A stretch of DNA of 54,136 nucleotides, taken from sequence record SRR22947727_2835. One strand, written 5' to 3'. Made by a program: the position numbers and the translations under genes. This document shows positions 9,062 to 19,317 of the stretch, piece after piece; within the stretch, counting starts at the first letter, position 1; the number at the start of each line of letters is the position of its first letter. Under the pieces are notes generated by a model that saw nothing but the letters and a program-made list of their open reading frames with translations, was not told the origin of the DNA and made no database searches.

Positions 9062-9829
9062 TTAATTTGAATGTCTTTCTAGAATTTCATCTCCCAAACG
9101 CATGTATGCCTTTGAGCCAGCACATTTTGGGTCATACATAATTACTGGCTTTCCAAATGAAGGAGCTTCAGCTACTCGAACATTTCTAGGGATAATGGTT
9201 TTAAATACAGCCCTACCCAGGTGCTTTTTCACATCAGTGGCAACTTGGTCTGATAGTTTATTTCTTTTATCATGCATTGTAAGCATAACTCCATCAATAA
9301 TAAGGTCAGGGTTAATATTAGTCTTTGCCATTTCAACAGTTTGTAGAAGTTGACTTAATCCTTCCAAAGCAAAAAATTCACACTGAAGTGGGACTAAAAC
9401 TGATTTAGCTGCCGCTAAAGCATTAACGGTCAACAAATTTAAAGATGGCGGACAATCAATGAGTATATAGTCATATTCCATTCCTTTTATAGAGTCTCTT
9501 AGAATTGTAGTGCGTCCTTTACGGTTACCAATTTGTAGTTCAGCTCCGGATAAATCAATATGTGAAGGAATTATGTCCAAACCAGGCACAATAGTAGGTA
9601 TGATTGCTGATGAAACGGGAACATTATCTAAAAAAACATCATAAATAGTTGTCTTACATGTGGCTTTCGATATTCCAAGTCCGGTTGCCGCATTTCCTTG
9701 AGGATCAAGGTCTATCAGCAAAACTTTTTGATCCCTCAAAGTAAGAGCGGAAGCCATATTTATAGTAGTGGTCGTTTTACCAACCCCGCCCTTTTGATTA
9801 ACAATCGCTATTATACGTTGCTTGGCCAT
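9062..9829 (-). CDS. parA: Chromosome partitioning ATPase ParA/Soj
   Basis: NQKGGVGKTTT deviant Walker A, DLDPQGNA, DCPPSL. Confidence 0.97.
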   Translation of the reverse strand: MAKQRIIAIVNQKGGVGKTTTTINMASALTLRDQKVLLIDLDPQGNAATGLGISKATCKTTIYDVFLDNVPVSSAIIPTIVPGLDIIPSHIDLSGAELQIGNRKGRTTILRDSIKGMEYDYILIDCPPSLNLLTVNALAAAKSVLVPLQCEFFALEGLSQLLQTVEMAKTNINPDLIIDGVMLTMHDKRNKLSDQVATDVKKHLGRAVFKTIIPRNVRVAEAPSFGKPVIMYDPKCAGSKAYMRLGDEILERHSN

Positions 9830-9846
9830 ATTAACCCTAATTTTAA

Positions 9847-10470
9847 TTACCGAGCGTTAAGTTCGGTGATTTTAAGCAAGTATCCCGTGGAATTTGATCT
9901 ACTTTTGATTTTTTCCACATTGAAACTCCACTTTTTTCTTGCCGTAGTCAACTCTTCTTCGACACTTTCGCCTTTTAAAAATAAACCAATCGTATTTTTT
10001 CCCCAAAATCTCTGTGCATAATCCAGTAATAGTGACAAAGGAGCAAAAGCACGCGCGCTGATAACATCATAAACCTCATTATCAATTCTTTCCAACCTTT
10101 TCGTTGAAACAACTGCGGGTAACGCCCTATCTCTTATAATTTTCTTTAAAAAAGTACCCTTTTTACCCACTGAATCAACCAATAGCACCCTGCCTCTTGC
10201 ATTTTGTTTACAGTTTATTGCGATAGAAAGACCAGGAAATCCGGCACCAGAGCCCAGGTCAAGAAATGTATTTGCTTTTTTGGGAATATGCGGTACCAAT
10301 TGCCAGGAATCATAAGCATGGCGCTCCCAAAAACTATTTATTGTTGAGCGAGATACCAAGTTAATTTTCTTATTCCAATGAAATAGTGTTTCATACCAAT
10401 ATATGTAATCATCTAAAGTTTCACGTGAAACATATGTATCCTGCTTGAAATTATCTACACTATATACCAT
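9847..10470 (-). CDS. rsmG: 16S rRNA m7G527 methyltransferase RsmG (GidB)
   Basis: WNKKINLVS, DLGSGAGFPG, SARAFAPL; between mnmG and parA. Confidence 0.95.
   Translation of the reverse strand: MVYSVDNFKQDTYVSRETLDDYIYWYETLFHWNKKINLVSRSTINSFWERHAYDSWQLVPHIPKKANTFLDLGSGAGFPGLSIAINCKQNARGRVLLVDSVGKKGTFLKKIIRDRALPAVVSTKRLERIDNEVYDVISARAFAPLSLLLDYAQRFWGKNTIGLFLKGESVEEELTTARKKWSFNVEKIKSRSNSTGYLLKITELNAR
10417..10432. promoter_or_regulatory. parS centromere site inside rsmG
   Basis: AGTTTCACGTGAAACA, 15/16 match to TGTTTCACGTGAAACA; encodes VSRET. Confidence 0.9.
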
Positions 10471-12332
10471 TATATGGCTTTGCGCACATGAGCAAGAACT
10501 GCTGTTAGTGATCCAGGTGTAACGCCCTCTATCCTGGAGGCTTGCCCCAAAGTTAAAGGCCTGACTTTTTCTAATTTACTTATAACCTCATTAGAAAGGC
10601 CCCCGATTGTTTTATAATTAAATCCCTCTGGTATTCTTAAGCCCTCATCCCTTCGAAAGGCCGCAATATCCTTTGCTTGACGCTCAATATAACCAGAATA
10701 TAGCGCTTCTGTTTCTAAATATTCCCATGCAAAATTTGGAATACTCTTTAATACTGGCCATACGTTTAATAGTTGGGTTTTTGTGATATTTGGATATGCT
10801 AATAAATCCATAACCGACCTTCTGATACCATCTTGATTAACATTAAGTCCATGTTTTTTCAGTATATTTGGTGTTTCAGATAGATCGCTTACTTGCTTTA
10901 CGGTTTCCGTAATTTTATTGATTTTCATTGCGTATTTGGCTTTTCTTAATTTTGAAATACCCCCAATGGCATCAGCAAGAGGCGTCAGTCTTTGATCTGC
11001 GTTATCAGACCTTAGAATTAACCTATATTCTGCGCGCGATGTAAACATTCTATATGGTTCAGTTACTCCTTTAGTTATTAAGTCATCTATCATCACGCCA
11101 ATATAAGCCTGACTTCGGTCAAGTACGAAAGTCTTGGAGCCAGTTGATGCTAAAGCTGCATTAAAACCCGCTATAAGTCCTTGCGCGGCCGCCTCTTCAT
11201 AACCGGTTGTGCCGTTTATCTGTCCTGCCAAATAGAGGCCGGGTAAGCGCCTAGTTTCAAGGGTTGGGTGTAGTTCGCGAGGGTCTATATAGTCATACTC
11301 AATAGCATAACCATACCTTTTTACCTGAATGTTCTCTAAACCTAAGATTGACCTCATAAATTTATCTTGAATTTCTATAGGCAAAGAAGTTGAAATTCCA
11401 TTTGGGTAAACAGTGTCTCCGTCAGGGTTGCCTGGAAGACCCTCAGGCTCTAAAAACACCTGATGCCTTTCCCTGTCTTGAAACCTAACCACTTTATCTT
11501 CAACTGACGGACAATACCGCGGGCCTTTTCCTGAAATTGCTCCGCCGTAAAGTGCTGATTTCTTTATGTTTTCTCTGATAATTTTATGCGTGTTTTCATT
11601 TGTGTGGGTTATGGCGCATGTTACTTGCGGTATCATAATTTTATTCGTTAAAAACGAAAAAGGAACAGGGGTTTCATCAGCTGATTGTTGTTCTAATAAA
11701 TTCCAATCTATAGACGATTTTGTTAACCTTGCAGGTGTACCTGTTTTAAGGCGGCCAATATTAAAGCCCAGCTCATATAGTCTATCCGCGAGTGCAATCG
11801 AAGGTTTATCTCCAACCCGCCCAGCAGGTATTCTATTGTGCCCTATATGTATTTCTCCCCTCAAAAAGGTTCCTGTGGTTAAGATAACTCGTTCAGATAA
11901 AAAATCTTCTCTGTTTTCAGTAACAACCCCAACCACTTTTCCGTTCTCAATTTTTAAGTCATCGACTGAAATATTTTTTATAAATAAATTTTCATAATTT
12001 AAGAGTATGTCCTGCATCTTTGTTTTATAAAGATAGCGATCTGATTGGGTTCGAGGGCCCCTGACTGCCGGGCCCTTTGATCTGTTTAACAACCTAAACT
12101 GAATTCCAGAGGCATCGGCAACTGTCCCCATTAATCCATCCATGGCATCAATTTCTCTTACCAAATGGCCCTTACCAAGCCCCCCAATCGCTGGATTACA
12201 CGACATTTCACCTATTGTGCTAACTTTATGAGTTAATAGTAGGGTTTTTGCGCCCATGCGAGCAGATGCTGCTGCCGCATCACAACCAGCATGACCTCCG
12301 CCAATGACAATCACATCCCAATATTGAGACAC
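10470..12332 (-). CDS. mnmG: tRNA uridine-34 modification enzyme MnmG (GidA)
   Basis: [45 protein letters not shown] 12332 follows GGAG (alternative starts 12344 and 12353). Confidence 0.96.
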   Translation of the reverse strand: MSQYWDVIVIGGGHAGCDAAAASARMGAKTLLLTHKVSTIGEMSCNPAIGGLGKGHLVREIDAMDGLMGTVADASGIQFRLLNRSKGPAVRGPRTQSDRYLYKTKMQDILLNYENLFIKNISVDDLKIENGKVVGVVTENREDFLSERVILTTGTFLRGEIHIGHNRIPAGRVGDKPSIALADRLYELGFNIGRLKTGTPARLTKSSIDWNLLEQQSADETPVPFSFLTNKIMIPQVTCAITHTNENTHKIIRENIKKSALYGGAISGKGPRYCPSVEDKVVRFQDRERHQVFLEPEGLPGNPDGDTVYPNGISTSLPIEIQDKFMRSILGLENIQVKRYGYAIEYDYIDPRELHPTLETRRLPGLYLAGQINGTTGYEEAAAQGLIAGFNAALASTGSKTFVLDRSQAYIGVMIDDLITKGVTEPYRMFTSRAEYRLILRSDNADQRLTPLADAIGGISKLRKAKYAMKINKITETVKQVSDLSETPNILKKHGLNVNQDGIRRSVMDLLAYPNITKTQLLNVWPVLKSIPNFAWEYLETEALYSGYIERQAKDIAAFRRDEGLRIPEGFNYKTIGGLSNEVISKLEKVRPLTLGQASRIEGVTPGSLTAVLAHVRKAI

Positions 12333-12345
12333 ACTACACTCCATA

Positions 12346-12361
12346 TGTTTCACGTGAAACT
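12346..12361. promoter_or_regulatory. parS centromere site upstream of mnmG
   Basis: TGTTTCACGTGAAACT, 15/16 consensus match. Confidence 0.9.
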
Positions 12362-12437
12362 TAGTTTATTAAAGGCCCATATATATGTCTGGTTGTTTTT
12401 TGTCGAGAAGAACTATGAGCAATAATAAGGTGAAAGT

Positions 12438-13784
12438 TTATTTCCCAATACAGAATCTAGAAAAGATTAGGTCAAATACGCTTTCAATATCACTTGCGCC
12501 TGCAAGCTCTTCAAGTGCGTATAATGCGCTACGTATATCGTCCCCAGCCAATTCTGGGCTCTTGTTTAGGCAGTTAATAGCTCTGGTTGTAGATAAAAAT
12601 ACGTCAGAAACACAATTTTTATGTCTGACGCGAGTTAGTGTCGGTTCGTTGCCTATATTATATTTATGGCTTATAATTTTCTCCAACATCTCCTTTAAGC
12701 GGTCAATATCGTGGTCTTTCAGTGCACTAATTCGTATCTCATTGGAGTGTTCATTTCTTTTTGGGATACCCGTGCTTTTTGATGTGTCATTTTTATTATA
12801 AACAATTATATCGTCTTTTGATATTCTCTTATCAATGTTTTCAATTGTTTTGTTATCTGTAATATCGATAACATGTATTACTATATCTGCTTCTTTTGAA
12901 AGTTTTAGAGCGCGGTCAATGCCTTCCGCTTCAATTTCATTAGATGTGTTTCTAATGCCTGCTGTGTCGCTAAGTCGGACAGGAATTCCTGATAAAACCA
13001 TATTAACTGATATTATATCACGTGTGGTTCCGGCAATAGAAGAAACTATTGCTGCGTCTCTTTTTAAGATTGCATTTAAAATTGTAGACTTTCCTGAATT
13101 GGGGCGCCCAATTATAACTATATCAAGGCCGTGCCTTATGGCCTCACCGGTCTCTACTGTTTTAAGAATTTGCTCAGTGCCCTCTAACACTAGATTAAGG
13201 TATGGGAGTGCTTTATTAGAAAGATTATCAGGAACATCTTCTTCGTCTGGGAAATCAATCTCACCCTCTATTTGAGCTAAAGCATTTAATAAATGTTGCT
13301 TCCACCCCTCATATATAACTCTTAATCCTCCGTCCATTTGTCTCACTGCTTGTTTGTGTTGACTTTCGGTTTCCGCATCTATCAGATCAGCCAAACCTTC
13401 GGCTTCAGTGAGGTCAATTTTTCCGTTTTCAAAAGCTCTGCGTGTAAACTCGCCGGCCTCTGCTTGTCTTAAGCCAAAACCATACAAAGCTGTAGTGAGC
13501 TTTTCTATAACAGCAACACTTCCGTGCACATGAAGCTCAACAACGTCCTCACCGGTAAAGCTCTTTGGTCCAGGCATATAAAACAATAAGCATGAGTCTA
13601 TTAACTCATTGTTATTATTATATATTTTTCTTACTCTTACGTGCCTTGGTGTAAGTCCATCTCTCCTGGTAATTTTTTTTAGAACATTAGCTGCTTCAGG
13701 TCCGCTTATTCGAAAGACTGAAACACCGGCCCTACCAGGTGCTGAGCTTAATGAAAATATGGTGGGTTTTTTATGGTTTTTCAT
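12438..13784 (-). CDS. mnmE: tRNA modification GTPase MnmE (TrmE)
   Basis: SFTGEDVVELHVHG, GRPNSGKST, GTTRD, DTAG, C-terminal FCIGK; ATG 13784. Confidence 0.96.
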   Translation of the reverse strand: MKNHKKPTIFSLSSAPGRAGVSVFRISGPEAANVLKKITRRDGLTPRHVRVRKIYNNNNELIDSCLLFYMPGPKSFTGEDVVELHVHGSVAVIEKLTTALYGFGLRQAEAGEFTRRAFENGKIDLTEAEGLADLIDAETESQHKQAVRQMDGGLRVIYEGWKQHLLNALAQIEGEIDFPDEEDVPDNLSNKALPYLNLVLEGTEQILKTVETGEAIRHGLDIVIIGRPNSGKSTILNAILKRDAAIVSSIAGTTRDIISVNMVLSGIPVRLSDTAGIRNTSNEIEAEGIDRALKLSKEADIVIHVIDITDNKTIENIDKRISKDDIIVYNKNDTSKSTGIPKRNEHSNEIRISALKDHDIDRLKEMLEKIISHKYNIGNEPTLTRVRHKNCVSDVFLSTTRAINCLNKSPELAGDDIRSALYALEELAGASDIESVFDLIFSRFCIGK

Positions 13785-13803
13785 AGTAATACGCAGGTGG
13801 ATT

Positions 13804-14505
13804 TTAACGCCAGTATTTATTCCAAACCATTTTCTCACCTAATGATTCAATATATTTTTTATGCGACCTCACTTGATCGCCTGTAAGATTGCTTAATAAT
13901 GGCGATGGTCGCTCTTTTGTTTCATTTTTTGTTATGCTTGTTATATCAGGAGACTGGCGACTTCCTAGATCTAGATTACGCATTCTTCCGCCCTTTAACT
14001 GCAAATAAACCTCTGCTAGCAATTCAGAATCGACAATTGCTCCGTGCTTATCTCTTGAGGATAAAGAAATGTTATACCTTTTGCAAAGCGCATCAAGTGA
14101 AGCAGGCGACCCTGGAAACTGTTCCCTCGCCATTTGAAGGGTGTCTATAAAGCGGTCATCAGAAAACGTAGGAAAGCCTGATTTTTCAAGTTCGGCATTT
14201 ATAAAAGATTTATCAAAATTGGCATTATGCGCAATAAGCTTGCTATCTCCAACAAACTCTAGAAACTCACTAGCAACTTGTTCAAATAGTTTTCCGTTTT
14301 CTTTTAAAAACTCTGTTGTAAGGCCCGTTATTTGTGTTACCTTTTCTGGAACATCTCTTTGTGGGTTTAAGTAAGCATGATATTGTCTCCCTGTTGGTAG
14401 CATATCTATTAATTCTACACACCCTAACTCAGTTATCCTATCATCGCCTTTAGCATGAAAGCCTGTTGTTTCCGTGTCAAAACAAATTTCTCTTATGCCG
14501 CTCAT
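13804..14505 (-). CDS. dnaQ: DNA polymerase III epsilon subunit
   Basis: FDTETTG, AHNANFD, LDALCKRY, HGAIVDSELLAEVY. Confidence 0.96.
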   Translation of the reverse strand: MSGIREICFDTETTGFHAKGDDRITELGCVELIDMLPTGRQYHAYLNPQRDVPEKVTQITGLTTEFLKENGKLFEQVASEFLEFVGDSKLIAHNANFDKSFINAELEKSGFPTFSDDRFIDTLQMAREQFPGSPASLDALCKRYNISLSSRDKHGAIVDSELLAEVYLQLKGGRMRNLDLGSRQSPDITSITKNETKERPSPLLSNLTGDQVRSHKKYIESLGEKMVWNKYWR

Positions 14506-14506
14506 A

Positions 14507-15091
14507 TTAGATGCCCTCAATACTTGATAGAAATTTAAAAACTTGGTTTTTGGTGTCCTCTAAACTCTTATCTGTAGTAATAATTATATCTGCTAGGGTT
14601 CTTTTTTTATCATCGGTCATTTGTTTGGCCAGAATTTCTTTAAAGGCTGTTTCGGTCATTCCCTCCCTCGACATGACTCTTTCGTATTGTACATGCTGAG
14701 GAGCGGTAACTACAATATTAATATCCATAGTTTTATTTAACCCTGTTTCAAATAAGAGCGGAACATCAAAAACGAGAACCGCCTTATCTTTATTTGCGAT
14801 AAGAAAGTCTTCGCGGGCTTCGCTAACTAAGGGGTGTATAAGCCCTTCGAGTATTTCTAATTTTTCTGGGTTTTTTTCTATATAGTCACGAAGTTTTTCG
14901 CGGCTAATAAAATCATTAACAATCGCCTCTGGATAAAAAAAATTTATTTGGTTTATGGCTCGACCCCCCCGTGAGTAAAGACGGTGAACAGTTTGATCTG
15001 CGTCAAAAACGGGGCAGCCATAATGCCTAAACATATTTGCTGTAGTGCTTTTGCCCATACCAATAGAGCCGGTAAGCCCAACCTTAATCAC
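14507..15091 (-). CDS. coaE: Dephospho-CoA kinase
   Basis: GLTGSIGMGKST, DADQTVH, DVPLLFE. Confidence 0.96.
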   Translation of the reverse strand: MIKVGLTGSIGMGKSTTANMFRHYGCPVFDADQTVHRLYSRGGRAINQINFFYPEAIVNDFISREKLRDYIEKNPEKLEILEGLIHPLVSEAREDFLIANKDKAVLVFDVPLLFETGLNKTMDINIVVTAPQHVQYERVMSREGMTETAFKEILAKQMTDDKKRTLADIIITTDKSLEDTKNQVFKFLSSIEGI

Positions 15092-15936
15092 AGTCTTTCC
15101 TCCAGAGCTTTGATAAGCCTTTCTCTTATATTTATATTTTCTGGAGGGTCTTGATTATAAAAGAGCCTGAACGATGGGCGCGCCTGTGCTATCAGCATAT
15201 CTAAGCCCCCCAGAGTTTTACACCCTAATGCTTCCGCTTTTTTAATCAATTCAGTTTCCGTAGGTGTATATACCAAATCATAGACAAATGTTTTATTACT
15301 ACACTTAGACAATTCAACATTAAGTGGGGGCTTGCCTGTCATTCCAGCTGATGTCGCATTTATAATAAGTGTGGAATCTTTTAAGAAATCGTTTCTTTTT
15401 TTCCACATCACTGGATTTACGTTTGGTACACCAACCTCGGCAACCAGTGATAAAAGTTTATTTTGGGACCTTCCTGTAATATAGATCTCTTGATGATTAA
15501 TCGACAAAAGAGCCCAAACAACTGCTCGAGAAACCCCTCCAGTTCCCAATATAATCACCGGTTTGTCTAGTATTTTTTTAGTACCTAGTATATTAATCAA
15601 TGGGTCCAAAAAACCACTGAGGTCTGTATTGTGTGCAATCAGTTTGCCCTTCTCCACATAAAGGCAGTTTGCAACACCCATCATTTTGGCTTGTGCGGTG
15701 TGTTTATCTGACGCTAAATATGCGTGCCTTTTAAGCGGCAGAGTTACATTTACTCCTTTAATGCCTGACTTTTTTAAGGTTTTAAAGGCACGTATCGCAT
15801 CTTCAGGTTGAACTTCATATGGGTAATAGATCCCTTTAATGTTTAAGGCCTCTAGCCAGGCATTGTGAAGGAGCGGGGAAAGAGAGTGGTGTACCGGATA
15901 GCCACAAACTCCTGCAACTTTACTATTTTTGTTCAT
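15088..15936 (-). CDS. aroE: Shikimate dehydrogenase
   Basis: HSLSPLLHN, GVNVTLPLK, NTD, NATSAGM, DLVYTP, GLDMLIAQA. Confidence 0.95.
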   Translation of the reverse strand: MNKNSKVAGVCGYPVHHSLSPLLHNAWLEALNIKGIYYPYEVQPEDAIRAFKTLKKSGIKGVNVTLPLKRHAYLASDKHTAQAKMMGVANCLYVEKGKLIAHNTDLSGFLDPLINILGTKKILDKPVIILGTGGVSRAVVWALLSINHQEIYITGRSQNKLLSLVAEVGVPNVNPVMWKKRNDFLKDSTLIINATSAGMTGKPPLNVELSKCSNKTFVYDLVYTPTETELIKKAEALGCKTLGGLDMLIAQARPSFRLFYNQDPPENINIRERLIKALEERL

Positions 15937-16523
15937 GACAAGATGGCGCCTCTGGTGCGCAAATAATCGAGAAGCGGTAAAAGCGGAAGGCCAAGAACTG
16001 AGAAAAAATCACCCGCCACATTAGAAAAGAGCTGAGACCCTCTTTTTTCAAACCTATATGCGCCAACTGTTTTTAATAACGCGTCTCTTTCTTTATAAAT
16101 ATAGTGATCTATGAATTCTTCAGAGAAATTACGTGCTGTTAGCTCAACTTTTGAGTTATGTCTCCAGACTGAAACCCCTCCTTCACTTACTACAATTGAT
16201 CCCATAAGATAATGTGTTTTATTTCGCATCAAAAGTAGTCTTTCTCTCGCCTCTTTTATTGTTTTAGGTTTGTCATATATTGCGCCCTCTAATACCATTA
16301 TCTGATCCGCGCCTATAACAAGACCTGGGCTATTAGCGCTGACCTTTATAGACTTCAGCTCGGCAAGGGCGCTCACTATGCTTATATTGCTTGCCCCTTC
16401 CTGCTGCATAGATCTTTTTATAGCTGCTTCATCTATTGGTTTAATTTCTGTTTCAAACAAAACTCCTGCATCATTTAATATCTGCTTTCTTATACTGCTT
16501 CCTGATGCAAGAATAATATTCAT
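15933..16523 (-). CDS. maf: Maf family nucleotide pyrophosphatase
   Basis: IILASGSSIR, IGADQ, KP, GLPLLPL. Confidence 0.93.
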   Translation of the reverse strand: MNIILASGSSIRKQILNDAGVLFETEIKPIDEAAIKRSMQQEGASNISIVSALAELKSIKVSANSPGLVIGADQIMVLEGAIYDKPKTIKEARERLLLMRNKTHYLMGSIVVSEGGVSVWRHNSKVELTARNFSEEFIDHYIYKERDALLKTVGAYRFEKRGSQLFSNVAGDFFSVLGLPLLPLLDYLRTRGAILS

Positions 16524-17362
16524 AATTCAATCTTTTGTTGAGCTTGATAGGCTTTTATAATTTGAGCTGAGGTTTCTTCAATAGACTTTCTTGTGACATC
16601 TATAACCTTATAGTTCTTTTTTATAAACATTCTTTTTGCAAGTCGCATTTCTTCTCTAACGCGGTCGACATCAATATAATCTGTTTGTTCATTTTGGTTT
16701 AACCCCACAAGTCTCTGTTCGCGTATTTGCACGATTCTATCGGGAGACGCGATTAACCCAACAATGAACGGGCTCGTTAGTTCGTCTAGTATTTTGGGTA
16801 ATGGTGAGCCAGGGACAAGTGGGATGTTTCCGGTTAGATACCCTCTATTTGCTAAATAAATACATGTTGGCGTTTTAGAAGTCCTGCTTATTCCTAAAAG
16901 AACGATATCTGCTTTATTAAGCCCTACAACATTCTGCCCATCATCATGCGTCATTGCGAAGTCCAACGCCTCTATTCTGTTATAATATTCGGCATCTAAA
17001 TTTCTTTGTGCCGCTACTTCACTAATCATTCTTGTACCAAGATATCTGGCTAACATTGAAATAGATTGATCAAGAACAGAAATAGCCGGTATTTTGTTTT
17101 TAGTGCAAAATTTTTCAAGCATTTTCCTTCTGTCTGGGTTCATAATTGTATATAATACCACTCCGGGTTTGCTTTCTATTTCGTCCATCGTTGCCTTTAA
17201 GTTTTCTTCTGATCGAACTAATGTGTGTAAATGCTCAAGAGCGGTGGCATTTCTAAATTGAGCGGCTGATGCTTTCATCAAAGCCACTAATGTTTCTCCT
17301 GTTGAATCAGAAACAAGGTGAATATGGAAATAAAGTGAAATACTGTTATTTTTAAGCGACAT
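16520..17362 (-). CDS. Pyruvate phosphate/water dikinase regulatory kinase-phosphorylase (DUF299)
   Basis: VSDSTGET, RIEALDFAMTHDDG, GISRTSKTPT, DVTRKSIEETS. Confidence 0.93.
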   Translation of the reverse strand: MSLKNNSISLYFHIHLVSDSTGETLVALMKASAAQFRNATALEHLHTLVRSEENLKATMDEIESKPGVVLYTIMNPDRRKMLEKFCTKNKIPAISVLDQSISMLARYLGTRMISEVAAQRNLDAEYYNRIEALDFAMTHDDGQNVVGLNKADIVLLGISRTSKTPTCIYLANRGYLTGNIPLVPGSPLPKILDELTSPFIVGLIASPDRIVQIREQRLVGLNQNEQTDYIDVDRVREEMRLAKRMFIKKNYKVIDVTRKSIEETSAQIIKAYQAQQKIEL

Positions 17363-17768
17363 TCTTTATCTTAAAACTAGATATTAGTTTTTGTCCACAG
17401 ATTGAATAAAAAATAGAGTCTTTATAAGGATTATGTGCGTTTTTAATGTTTTATTTTTGTAAAAATAACATGTTAATAAAAAATAATTGGTTAATGTTAA
17501 TAACGTGGATAATTTTTATACACAAAAATATACATATAATAAATAAAAAAAATAAGCATTAAATCAATTGTGCAGCAAGTTTTCCTTATAATTCAAAATT
17601 TGTTTATAAATTTTATTATCAAGTGTTGTTATATTTTTTAAGTTTTTGTTAATGCAAGTTAATTAAAAGTTAATTTATCCACTTATACAGTTTTCTATTA
17701 CTATCACTTCTTTAATATAATATATAAGAGGGGGATTATAAATTTTATAAATAAGTGTATAAAGAAAT
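17363..17768. other. Chromosomal replication origin (oriC/Cori-type)
   Basis: 406-bp very AT-rich gap between the divergent DUF299 and hemE genes. DnaA-box-like 9-mers at 17391 (TTGTCCACA), 17504 (reverse TTATCCACG), 17516 (TTATACACA), 17675 (TTATCCACT) and 17754 (reverse TTATACACT); GANTC at 17416. Confidence 0.88.
17638..17673. promoter_or_regulatory. Two tandem CtrA-type sites
   Basis: TTAA-gtttttg-TTAA (17638-17652) and TTAA-ttaaaag-TTAA (17659-17673) on the hemE-proximal side of the origin. Confidence 0.7.
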
Positions 17769-18794
17769 ATGAAAAAAATATTGAGTGTCTTATCAGGACA
17801 TAGAGAAGATATTCCTCCTATTTGGATGATGAGACAAGCTGGGAGACATCTTCCTGAATATCTTGAAATAAGAAATACGACAACTAGTTTTATTGACTTT
17901 TGTTTTAATCCAGAAAAAGCATCGGAGGTAACATTACAACCTATTCGTAGATATGATATGGATGCAGCTATCTTATTTGCTGATATTTTACTTGTCCCTA
18001 TAGCTTTAGGAAGACAAGTTACTTTTGAAAAAGGGATCGGTCCTATACTCGATCCTATATCAATTAATGGTATAAAAAGACTTCAAAAAAATACTAATAT
18101 TTTAAAACCTGTATATGAAACAGTAAGAGAAGTTAAAAAGAAACTATATGAAAGTAAAACACTTATTGGGTTTTGTGGAGCGCCTTGGACCGTTGCTACC
18201 TATATGTTAGAAGGAAAGGGTACAGCAAATAAAGAAAAAGCAAAAAAATTCGCTTATGAAAATCCAGGAGCCACAAATGACCTTTTAGAAAGCCTTGTTG
18301 AAGTAAGTGTAGAATACCTAATAAAACAAGCGGAAGCAGGGGCAGAAGTTCTGCAAATATTTGAAAGCTGGGCGAGTGATTTATCGCCATCAATGTTTCA
18401 TGATCTTGTTATAAAACCAACAAGAAATATAATTAAATTGGTAAGAGATGCTGGCGTTGATGTTCCAATAATTGGATTTCCTAAGAATTGTGGATTATCT
18501 GTGCTAGACTATGTAGAAAAAACAGGTATCTCAGCGATTGCAGCAAGCACAGAAATACCGATTAAAAAACTGAGATCATTAATTCCTGAAAATATGGCAA
18601 TCCAAGGAAATTTAGACCCTCTTGCATTGAGATTAGGAGGGAAAACTCTGGAACATCAAGTAGAAGAAGTTCTAAAAAATGCAAGGGGGCCTCATATATT
18701 TAACTTAGGACATGGTGTTTCTCCCGATGTAAAAATAGAGAATATCAAAGCAGTTATTAACCACATTAGAACAGGCAATGGAAACTATGTATGA
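17769..18794 (+). CDS. hemE: Uroporphyrinogen decarboxylase
   Basis: PIWMMRQAGR, AAILFADIL, GAPWTVATY, QGNLDP, IFNLGHG. Confidence 0.97.
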   Translation: MKKILSVLSGHREDIPPIWMMRQAGRHLPEYLEIRNTTTSFIDFCFNPEKASEVTLQPIRRYDMDAAILFADILLVPIALGRQVTFEKGIGPILDPISINGIKRLQKNTNILKPVYETVREVKKKLYESKTLIGFCGAPWTVATYMLEGKGTANKEKAKKFAYENPGATNDLLESLVEVSVEYLIKQAEAGAEVLQIFESWASDLSPSMFHDLVIKPTRNIIKLVRDAGVDVPIIGFPKNCGLSVLDYVEKTGISAIAASTEIPIKKLRSLIPENMAIQGNLDPLALRLGGKTLEHQVEEVLKNARGPHIFNLGHGVSPDVKIENIKAVINHIRTGNGNYV

Positions 18795-19218
18795 ATGGAT
18801 TAAAGCAATACATATAAGTTTTGTAATTTTTTGGATGGCTGGTTTATTATATTTACCAAGACTTTATGTTTATCATAGTACCTCAAAAAAAAGGGGGGAG
18901 CTTGACATAAAGATGATTGAGGCTGAAAAAAACTTAATTAAAATTATAATTAATCCAGCAATGCTAGTGACTTTAACTACAGGATTAATTTTATTGTTAG
19001 GATACAATATAGAAAATTTAAAAAACTCGCTGTGGTTACCAATAAAGCTTTTTACTCTTTTTCTCTTATTTGGTTATCACGGATATTTAATTAAACAAGG
19101 CAAACTGTTTGCGGGCGGCAAAAGACCTAAAAGTGAAAAATTCTTTAGATTAATAAATGAAATACCTGCTCTATTAACTATTTTTATAGTAATCTTAGTT
19201 ATAGTAAAGCCATTTTAA
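18787..19218 (+). CDS. hemJ: Protoporphyrinogen oxidase HemJ
   Basis: KAIHISFVIFWMAGLLYLPRLYVYH, FRLINEIP, VIVKPF. Confidence 0.94.
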   Translation: MYEWIKAIHISFVIFWMAGLLYLPRLYVYHSTSKKRGELDIKMIEAEKNLIKIIINPAMLVTLTTGLILLLGYNIENLKNSLWLPIKLFTLFLLFGYHGYLIKQGKLFAGGKRPKSEKFFRLINEIPALLTIFIVILVIVKPF

Positions 19219-19317
19219 AATAACTTGACCAATATAATAAATTATATGTAATATATAATATGACGTCCTGTCTATGAAATCATATTAATATGATAAAAAT
19301 CAAAAAAAAGAAGAAAT

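Noticed and set aside
9831..9846. CtrA-like TTAA pairs before parA, near 31223 and at 34459
   Set aside because: Wrong spacing (N8, N6) or a mismatch; expected by chance in AT-rich DNA.
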